From Pseudoalteromonas tetraodonis (GTDB lineage Bacteria > Pseudomonadota > Gammaproteobacteria > Enterobacterales > Alteromonadaceae): DNA of 32,000 nucleotides. The notes beneath the pieces were generated by a model. It saw nothing but the letters and a program-made list of their open reading frames with translations. It ran no database searches and was not told the origin of the DNA. Location of the stretch: NCBI RefSeq assembly GCF_002310835.1, contig NZ_CP011042.1, forward strand, positions 330,001-362,000, in the 5' to 3' direction. A program made the translations under genes and the position numbers. Below are positions 25,815 to 32,000 of this stretch, piece by piece (position 1 is the stretch's first letter; every line of letters begins with the position of its first letter).

Positions 25815-26606
25815 TTAAAAATAAGCGTTAAATTCATACTTGGTCAGTAATGAATCAGAGATGTATTCACTAGATAGCTCAGATACTGCATAAAATGTAG
25901 CCGCAGTGTTAGCAAGTATCTCGGTTGTTTTAGCTAAGGCTTTTTCGTCATCTTGAGTAAGCATTAACTCATCAAGTTTAAATAAAGCTTTTTGCGTTTC
26001 ATCAAGTAATGGTGCGTAGTTACTAAAGCCAACGCTAAGGTTCAAAAACATACCTTGAGCATTTAACTGTTTTGACTGCATATAATATTTAATATTATGA
26101 GAATCAAAATAAAATTCGTTACTTGATTTTATAACATCGCTTAGACTATTAACTCTGAGCATTTTTTTATTAAAAGGTATTAAGGGTGTAAATTCCGGTA
26201 CCATAGCTTTATCGTATTTTAAGCTATGTACGGCGATGCCGACTATACGAGTATTTTTATTAATAAGTGTGAGTAAATATTTCGTATTTTTGTAATACCT
26301 ATATTCGTAATCAGTATTCAAAGATGATGTTTTAATTACTTGCGGAATACCTATTTTTTTTTCAGCGTAAGGTAAGTAGTTGCCAATATCTAGCGCAGTA
26401 ATCTTTTTTTCTTCGATTTGGTTCGTAAAGTGAGTAATGAATCCGTTGTACCCTTCAATTATGAGTGCTTTACTATCGGCCCAATTTCCAAGACCCATTA
26501 AAGTAACCATAAGTAAAATAAAGTAACCTTTCAATTTAGCTAACAAAGATTTATTTTCTTCAGTGTTAGCCTCAGGCTCTAAGTTATTTCCTACAGACAT
26601 TTTCAT
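25815..26606 (-). CDS. Hypothetical membrane-anchored periplasmic protein (envelope operon gene 3)
   Basis: 263 aa with one N-terminal TM segment (GYFILLMVTLMGLGNWA) after a charged 25-aa head. No motif that I recognise. There is a 9-nt gap to the downstream MltC-like gene. The C terminus ends in an aromatic residue (NAYF). Confidence 0.65.
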   Translation of the reverse strand: MKMSVGNNLEPEANTEENKSLLAKLKGYFILLMVTLMGLGNWADSKALIIEGYNGFITHFTNQIEEKKITALDIGNYLPYAEKKIGIPQVIKTSSLNTDYEYRYYKNTKYLLTLINKNTRIVGIAVHSLKYDKAMVPEFTPLIPFNKKMLRVNSLSDVIKSSNEFYFDSHNIKYYMQSKQLNAQGMFLNLSVGFSNYAPLLDETQKALFKLDELMLTQDDEKALAKTTEILANTAATFYAVSELSSEYISDSLLTKYEFNAYF

Positions 26607-26667
26607 CCTTAAAATATAGTTTATCAGTGTTAAATATAACTGTTTAAAACATGGCTTAATATAATCG

Positions 26668-27504
26668 CTAATAAGAATCGATAGCAGTATTTTTTAACTT
26701 TACAATGCTATTTATTAAATTAGTTGTGCTGTCTTGATTGGCTAAATGAATTAACTCGGTTTTTGAGCGTTTAGAGTAGCTCAAACCTTTTCCTTCAAAA
26801 CGTTGTTGCCAAATAGACTTTTTGCTTTGTGTATCTATTTGAAGTTTTAACTGTGTAATTACAAGTTTACTTTGTGCTTTTATTATCGAGTTTTTAACTA
26901 AATAGGTCACTTCGCAAGCCGAGTTTGTTAATTTATATCCATGCTGTAAAAGTTGCTCAGTGAGTAACTCTGTAAGTTGAGAGCTATTTTCGCCCGTTAC
27001 TTTTAAGCAACTATTTTTTGCGCCTAGCATTGCTTGTTGTTGTTTTATTTTTTCTTGTTGGCCTTCTTCAAGATCGGCTTTACTAATTGAAATAGCTGCA
27101 TATACAGTACAGTTAATAGGGTCTACATAACGATCATATACTTTTGCGCTTTTTAATAGCTGATTGGTTTGAGACTCAATCACCGATTTGTAATCAGAAT
27201 GGCTTACTGTGCTTGATGAGGTGTTTTTAATTATTTCTTTCACTGAAATATCAGTACTTAGTAATTTTGCGAGCTCTTCACGCGCATTTTTAGCTGACCG
27301 ACGTTCATCAATTGTTTTTAAACCAGAGCATTGTGAAGAGCCTGAGCTAGCTAATTTTTCATCATCAACAATATCTATTCCTACCCACTTAGGCTGGGCA
27401 TTCTTTGCATAGTATGAGCTGCAACTACAATGTGATGCTGCATTAGTAAGGAAAGGACTTAGCGCTATTGCCGCTAATAGTAGTGAGGATGTTCTAGTAG
27501 TCAT
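26668..27504 (-). CDS. Secreted protein with an LPP20-like N-terminal region (envelope operon gene 2)
   Basis: The track gives 26668-27534 with a GTG start. I prefer the ATG at 27504, which gives MTTRTSSLLLAAIALSPFLTNAAS (signal peptide). The segment PKWVGIDIV...GSSQCSG...RRSAKNAREELAKLLSTDISV repeats the pattern seen in the ORF at 23957-24517. Confidence 0.6.
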   Translation of the reverse strand: MTTRTSSLLLAAIALSPFLTNAASHCSCSSYYAKNAQPKWVGIDIVDDEKLASSGSSQCSGLKTIDERRSAKNAREELAKLLSTDISVKEIIKNTSSSTVSHSDYKSVIESQTNQLLKSAKVYDRYVDPINCTVYAAISISKADLEEGQQEKIKQQQAMLGAKNSCLKVTGENSSQLTELLTEQLLQHGYKLTNSACEVTYLVKNSIIKAQSKLVITQLKLQIDTQSKKSIWQQRFEGKGLSYSKRSKTELIHLANQDSTTNLINSIVKLKNTAIDSY

Positions 27505-27521
27505 AGTTTTACCAACAGCAA

Positions 27522-27551
27522 TAAGGCCTAACACAAAATTGGTAGGCCTTA
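27522..27551 (-). promoter_or_regulatory. Intercistronic stem-loop between operon genes 1 and 2
   Basis: TAAGGCCTA / TAGGCCTTA, a perfect 9-bp stem with a 12-nt loop. The alternative GTG start (27534-27532) sits in the loop. Confidence 0.35.
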
Positions 27552-27558
27552 ACTTAAA

Positions 27559-28626
27559 TTACAAACGGTTTGAAGTTGTTGCTAGAGTTAGCTTTGCGTT
27601 ATCCGATTCACGCTCGACAAGCCGTGTTTGGCCTTCAATAACAAACTTAAGTTCGTCAACGTCTAATGTTAAGTTGCTCGCTTTTTCATAATATGCTTTT
27701 GCTAATTCTAAATCATTCGCTCTTTCTGCGCACACACCATTGTTGTAGTTTATAGCCAGTGATTCTGAATACTGACTTTGAGCTTTTGCAAAGGTTTTGC
27801 AGGCGTGGTCAGGCATGTCTTTTTCTGCAAATTCAACAGCGAGGTCTAATAACTCTTCTGCTTTATCAGTTAAATCTGAATCATCAGATTCCATCAACTT
27901 TACATTTTTAGTCACTTGGTGTGGTGCAACATCTTGTTTTAATTCTTCTATTACAGCGGCAAGTGCTCTGCCTCGTAATACAGAGTCAGATGGATGAGGG
28001 TCGTCACCTTTACATACTTTACTACTTGATAGGCGTGAATATTGTTTAGTAAAAACAATTTGCCCTGTTTCTACAGATACAGCCTTAGGTTTAAAATTTA
28101 CTTTCGCAATTTTTTCTGAACACTTAATGGTTATTTCTCTAGACTTCTCACACTTGTACCATTTATCACCTTTTTGTATACATTCACTGTCTTTTTCGTA
28201 GTAAGTAGAGGTATCTACATCAGCAGTGTAGTCAGCAGTGATAAGTGTATCTGCGCCTGTAAGTTTACCTAGGCGGGTTCTGTTTTTTGAGTTACTGATA
28301 TCACTTTCATTAAACCGTTGTTGTTCTATAATTTTACTAAGAGAAGCTTTATCAACAAAGGTAAAGTAAGGTTGGCCATTCACACGAATATTTGAAAGGT
28401 TTGTTTCAATTATACCTGTAGCTGCGTTTCTGTTATTTGAAATAACTGCAAGACGCTTCATTTTCTCAGTGCCACTTTCTTTAGCCGCTTTTGTGTATGT
28501 AATAGGTAATTCAGCAGTTGTGAAAGAGTTATTTAAACTAGCAATACCTCCATTAATAGTTTCAGTAACTACACAGCCAGAGAGCATTACACTTGATACT
28601 AAAGCGATTTTTATTCCCTTTATCAT
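27559..28626 (-). CDS. Outer-membrane lipoprotein with a CsgG/LpoB-like fold region, a Cys-rich insert and a C-terminal TPR-like tail (envelope operon gene 1)
   Basis: 355 aa with lipobox VMLSGC-V. The segment KRLAVISNNRNAATG...NGQPYFTFVDKASLSKIIEQQRF...LGKLTGADTLITADY ... AKVNFKPKAVSVETGQIVFTKQ follows the pattern I associate with CsgG/HfaB, LpoB and FlgO-type lipoproteins. C149/C159/C169/C205 form a Cys-rich insert. Residues ~255-325 look TPR-like (ACKTFAKAQSQY..., LELAKAYYEKASNL). AAGGA SD. Confidence 0.6.
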   Translation of the reverse strand: MIKGIKIALVSSVMLSGCVVTETINGGIASLNNSFTTAELPITYTKAAKESGTEKMKRLAVISNNRNAATGIIETNLSNIRVNGQPYFTFVDKASLSKIIEQQRFNESDISNSKNRTRLGKLTGADTLITADYTADVDTSTYYEKDSECIQKGDKWYKCEKSREITIKCSEKIAKVNFKPKAVSVETGQIVFTKQYSRLSSSKVCKGDDPHPSDSVLRGRALAAVIEELKQDVAPHQVTKNVKLMESDDSDLTDKAEELLDLAVEFAEKDMPDHACKTFAKAQSQYSESLAINYNNGVCAERANDLELAKAYYEKASNLTLDVDELKFVIEGQTRLVERESDNAKLTLATTSNRL

Positions 28627-28663
28627 ACAATTATTCCTTTATTAAGTTAGTGTTCATTTTCAC

Positions 28664-28692
28664 TTTTTAACACTTGTAACTAGATGGGTCAA
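28664..28692 (-). promoter_or_regulatory. Candidate sigma70 promoter of the envelope operon
   Basis: On the minus strand: TTGACC (28692-28687), a 17-nt spacer, then TAAAAA (28669-28664), about 40 nt upstream of the ATG at 28626. The -10 matches only 4/6. Confidence 0.3.
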
Positions 28693-28900
28693 CCTTATAG
28701 CTAAAAACTCTCATTAAAACGGTTCTTTTTTCTTATTTTAAAAAAGGTACAAGGGGGGAATACCTTTACAATTTAAAAAGATGCATGAATTTTATAACTA
28801 TAATCGAATCCATCTTTACCTAATTTCATGTAAGAAAAACGACTAAAGTGGCTGTTATCATTCTTTAACTTATTGGATAAATTTTTAAGTGGGGTGTACT

Positions 28901-29413
28901 TTATTTAATAGCATTTTCTACTGGGCAACCACGCTTTCTACATACACCTTCGTTACATAGTTTGCATATTTTACGGGCTTCTATCTGCTCGCTTGTTAGG
29001 CTGCTAAGCGCTAGTTCTATCAAACTTAAAAAGCTTTGTTTTTGTTCATCATTAAAGCTATTTAGTATTTTAGAGGTGGCTGTTTCTCGGCTGTTTAGTA
29101 CTCTTTTAACCCTTTGACTTCCTTTATCAGTTACGTATAAAACAACAGAGCGAGCATCCTTTACCGATTTACGCCTCTCTACAAGCTCTTCTTTTTCAAG
29201 CGTATTTATTAATCTAACCGCACCAGAGTGCGTTAAGCCTAAAACCTTGCTCAGTACATCTATGGTTTCATTTGGGTGGTTGTAAATAGTGACGAGTGCC
29301 GATTCGTGGCTTAAGCGTCGCCCGCCTAATTCGGCAATCTGCTTTTCAATGTCATTAGAAACAAAGGTGGCAAACGTGCCGATTAAATTTGATATGTATT
29401 TTTCATTTTTCAT
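28901..29413 (-). CDS. MarR-family transcriptional regulator with a C-terminal 4-Cys tail
   Basis: The track ORF is 28901-29500. I place the start at M30 (ATG at 29413-29411, MKNEKYISNLIG...) because the upstream 29 codons cover the operator-like palindrome and promoter region. The winged-helix region LGLTHSGAVRLINTLEKEELVERRKSVKDARSVVLYVTDKG is typical of MarR. The tail is CKLCNEGVCRKRGC. Confidence 0.8.
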   Translation of the reverse strand: MKNEKYISNLIGTFATFVSNDIEKQIAELGGRRLSHESALVTIYNHPNETIDVLSKVLGLTHSGAVRLINTLEKEELVERRKSVKDARSVVLYVTDKGSQRVKRVLNSRETATSKILNSFNDEQKQSFLSLIELALSSLTSEQIEARKICKLCNEGVCRKRGCPVENAIK

Positions 29414-29425
29414 AAATTCAATTGT

Positions 29426-29442
29426 ATGTGATTCGATCACAT
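29426..29442. promoter_or_regulatory. Palindrome ATGTGAT-TCG-ATCACAT, candidate MarR operator
   Basis: 7-bp inverted arms separated by 3 nt, 13 nt upstream of the preferred MarR start, in the divergent region toward the dehalogenase pseudogene. Confidence 0.4.
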
Positions 29443-29504
29443 AAATATAGTGACAAGTTAAGTACGCTCGTTTATTGTGTGATTCAGTCATGTATATCAA
29501 TTAA

Positions 29505-30370
29505 ATAAAAAATGATTCAGAAACATTACGTTATACAAAAAAGTTTAAAACTATATTAGATAAAAAAATGGCCTAAATAGATGAAGGCGAAGGCGATCCT
29601 ATTGTGTTTTTACATGGTAATCCTACATCTAGCTACCTTTGGCGAAATGTTATGCCATATTTACAAGGAAAAGGGCGTTTAATTGCTATGGATATGATTG
29701 GATTAGGAGATTCGAAAAAGTTAGATAACACCCATGAAAGCAGCAAATACACATTTGCACTTTTAGAAGCGTTGGGCGTGAACAGTAATGTTACTTTAGT
29801 ACTGCACGATTGGGGCTCTGGTGTTGGTTTTAACTGGGCTAATACACATCGTGATGCAGTAAAAGCGATTGCCTTAATGGAAGCAATTGTTACCGATTTT
29901 CCAACATGGGATGACTTTCTTAAGGACTTACATGGCCCAATTAGCACCTTGCGCTCTGCTGAGGGTGAAAAAATGGTGCTTGATGATAACTTTTTTATTG
30001 AAACAATATTACCAGCGACTATTTCGCGTCAATTAACGCAAAAAGAACACGACGAATATCGTAGACCCTTTATAAATCCGGGGAGGATCGCCGTGCAATT
30101 TTAGCAGGGCCTCGCCAACTTCCCATTGCCGGAGAGGCTGCCGATACTGTCGCTTTAGTAAAAAGCTATGCGAGTTATTTAGCCAACTCTCATGATATTC
30201 CAAAGCTATTTATTAATGCAGAACCAGGTGCTTTTTTAGTTGGTTACGCAAGAGACTTTGTGCGCACATGGCCAAACCTAGCTGAGGTAACCGTGAGCGG
30301 TATCCACTATCTTCAAGAAGATTCGCCGAATGAAATAGGCGAGGCTATTTCTAATTGGTTATCAAAATAA
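29505..30370 (+). pseudogene. Haloalkane dehalogenase (HLD-II, LinB/DhaA-like alpha/beta hydrolase) pseudogene
   Basis: The frame-0 translation [41 protein letters not shown]...VLHDWGSGVGF... has an in-frame TAA at 29574-29576 where homologues have Tyr (MAYIDEG). A -1 frameshift in a G-run near 30081-30083 moves the reading frame. The shifted frame continues EDRRAILAGPRQLPIAGEAADTV...PKLFINAEPGAF...VSGIHYLQEDSPNEIG...SK* and ends at 30370. No in-frame ATG at the 5' end; the ATG at 29512 is in another frame. Confidence 0.85.
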
Positions 30371-30488
30371 AAACGGCGTGTATAAATTAATCTGAATTGC
30401 AGATATTGAATTCATCCCAAGAAGTTATTTTAAGCGTTAACTACTCTATAGGTAACGCTTTTATAAAATTAAAAGCGTTATTCTTTAA

Positions 30489-32000
30489 CTATTTCAGTAA
30501 AAATGGTGCTGTTTTACTCGCTTTTACATTTGCCACTTTTTCAGGTTTACCTTGTGCAACTATATGCCCGCCTTCGTCGCCGGCTCCTGGGCCAATATCA
30601 ATAACCCAATCACTGTTGCTGGCTACTTGCATATCGTGCTCGACCATAATAACGGTATTGCCAGCATCAACTAAGCCATTTAACTGCGTCATTAACATGG
30701 CCACATCTTTAGGATGTAGACCAGTGGTTGGTTCATCTAAAACATAAAGCGTATCGCCGCGCTGAGCACGTTGTAGTTCAGTGGCCAGTTTTATACGCTG
30801 GGCTTCGCCACCTGAAAGCTCAGTAGCGGGTTGCCCTAAACGTAAATAGCCAAGGCCTACCTGTAGCAGTGTATTTAGCGCGCGTTCAATAGCGGGCTCA
30901 TCGTCAAAAAATGTATGCGCCGACTCAACCGTTAAATTAAGCACATCGGCAATGGTTTTATCTTTATATGTAATCTCGAGTGTTTTCTGGTTGTAGCGCT
31001 TAGCATTACACACAGGGCAGGGTGAATAGACACTAGGTAAAAATAACAGCTCTATACTAACAAAGCCTACACCTTCGCAGTTTTCGCAGCGGCCTTTTTT
31101 AACATTAAACGAAAAACGACCGGCATCGTACTTACGCGCTTTTGCTTCATTGGTATTAGCAAACAATTTTCGTACATGATCGAATAAGCCTGTGTAAGTT
31201 GCAAGGTTTGAACGAGGTGTGCGGCCAATGGCTTTTTGATCAACCGTGATAAGGCGTTTTATATGCTCAATGCCTTGCGTTATTTGTCCTTCGGTTGTTA
31301 TGTCGAGCTCTTGCTCGAGCAGCTCAGCGTTGTCTGTTGGTATTTGTGGCTGCGATTTTTGCCCAAGTGCATCGTAAACCAGTTCAACAAGCGCTTGGCT
31401 TACTAAGCTCGATTTACCTGAGCCAGATACCCCCGTAACACTTGTAATAACCCCAAGTGGAAATTCTACATCGAGTTTTTGTAAGTTATTACGCTCAATA
31501 TTTTTAAGCGATAGCCATGCTTTTGGTCGGCGTTGTTTGTGTTGTTTGTGTTGTATGTGAGCTAGGTGATTTTCTTCATTTTTAAATAAATACTGGCTAG
31601 TATGTGAGCTGCTAATTTGTTTTAAACCCTCAACAGGGCCGCTGTAAACAATATTACCGCCGTGTGTGCTAGCATTTGGCCCTACATCGACCACCCAATC
31701 GGCATGGCGAATAACGCTTACGTCGTGTTCAACCACAAAAACCGAGTTACCAGCGGCTATTAGTTCATCTAATGCGGCTAATAAGGCTTGCGTATCTGCA
31801 GGGTGTAAACCTGCCGATGGCTCATCTAACACATAAACTACACCAAATAACTTTGAGCGAATTTGCGTTGCAAGCCTTAGGCGTTGTAATTCCCCTAGCG
31901 ATAACGATGGGGTTGTGCGCTCCAGTGATAAATACCCTAAACCAAGCTTAGTTAACGCTTCAACGCGTTTAAGAATATCGCCTGCTATACGCTTTGCCAC
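30489..32000 (-). CDS. UvrA-family ABC ATPase (excinuclease ABC subunit A-like, probably a divergent paralogue), C-terminal 503 aa; the 5' end lies beyond the window
   Basis: NBD-I signature/Walker B (LSLGELQRLRLATQI, YVLDEPSAGLH). NBD-II Walker A (TGVSGSGKSSL), zinc finger CENCEGVG...CPVCNAKRY, signature LSGGEAQRIKLA, Walker B YVLDEPTTGLH. Noticeably diverged from E. coli UvrA as I recall it. Confidence 0.9.
   Translation of the reverse strand: MAKRIAGDILKRVEALTKLGLGYLSLERTTPSLSLGELQRLRLATQIRSKLFGVVYVLDEPSAGLHPADTQALLAALDELIAAGNSVFVVEHDVSVIRHADWVVDVGPNASTHGGNIVYSGPVEGLKQISSSHTSQYLFKNEENHLAHIQHKQHKQRRPKAWLSLKNIERNNLQKLDVEFPLGVITSVTGVSGSGKSSLVSQALVELVYDALGQKSQPQIPTDNAELLEQELDITTEGQITQGIEHIKRLITVDQKAIGRTPRSNLATYTGLFDHVRKLFANTNEAKARKYDAGRFSFNVKKGRCENCEGVGFVSIELLFLPSVYSPCPVCNAKRYNQKTLEITYKDKTIADVLNLTVESAHTFFDDEPAIERALNTLLQVGLGYLRLGQPATELSGGEAQRIKLATELQRAQRGDTLYVLDEPTTGLHPKDVAMLMTQLNGLVDAGNTVIMVEHDMQVASNSDWVIDIGPGAGDEGGHIVAQGKPEKVANVKASKTAPFLLK

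Noticed and set aside
25580-25837. 85-aa minus-strand ORF overlapping the 5' end of the MltC-like gene and the 3' end of the upstream gene
   Set aside because: It is out of frame with two better-supported ORFs whose products have signal peptides and family motifs, so it is probably a shadow ORF in AT-rich DNA.
23957-28626. Considered whether the AT-rich operon next to the IS is an anti-phage defence system or a prophage remnant
   Set aside because: I see no nuclease, ATPase, reverse transcriptase, methylase, toxin-antitoxin, integrase or phage structural motifs. All five products are envelope-targeted. A defence or exclusion role is not excluded but has no positive support from the sequence.
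29414-29500. N-terminal 29 codons of the track ORF 28901-29500 (MIYMTESHNKRAYLTCHYIYVIESHTIEF)
   Set aside because: This extension covers the 7-3-7 palindrome and the AT-rich promoter-like sequence and adds residues not expected in MarR proteins. The internal ATG at 29413 gives a normal MarR N terminus. The upstream start cannot be fully excluded.
29604-30104. 166-aa ORF treated as an intact alpha/beta hydrolase gene
   Set aside because: It starts at a GTG in the middle of the conserved [12 protein letters not shown] motif and ends at a frameshift-induced stop. Homologous sequence continues upstream (through a TAA) and downstream in another frame, so I annotated it as part of a pseudogene.
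30397-30747. 116-aa + strand ORF
   Set aside because: It is antisense to the C-terminal ABC domain of the UvrA-family gene. It is a shadow ORF.

Overview
This window looks like chromosomal DNA from a marine gammaproteobacterium. The Pseudoalteromonas/Alteromonadales-like guess rests only on gene content and AT-biased codon usage, so it is low confidence. I saw no rRNA, tRNA or CRISPR array.

Layout, left to right:
- 1-502 (-): the 5' part of a GH16 laminarinase lipoprotein gene. It is missing from the ORF track. Two identical 14-bp palindromic operators lie upstream.
- 774-11200 (-): a tightly packed eight-gene minus-strand operon. It encodes a TonB-dependent receptor, a TVP38/DedA::FAD-disulfide-oxidoreductase fusion, a DUF547 protein, a YnjBCD-like ABC importer, a CDP-alcohol phosphatidyltransferase and a fatty-acid-hydroxylase-family protein.
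- 11432-22593: housekeeping-type genes. These are a small membrane protein, a long RluA-family pseudouridine synthase, two S9 peptidases, a ThrE-family exporter, a glycosyltransferase and a LysE exporter. A 268-bp MITE-like structured element and a second structured intergenic repeat sit among them.
- 22659-23951: an intact IS256-family element with an 8-bp target duplication.
- 23957-28626 (-): a markedly AT-rich five-gene operon made up only of exported or lipidated envelope proteins. They are a CsgG/LpoB-like lipoprotein with a TPR tail, two LPP20/FlgP-like proteins, an orphan membrane-anchored protein and an MltC-like lytic transglycosylase. This is my best candidate for an undescribed envelope system.
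- 28901-32000: a MarR regulator with a 4-Cys tail, a decayed haloalkane dehalogenase pseudogene, and the C-terminal 503 aa of a divergent UvrA-family ATPase.
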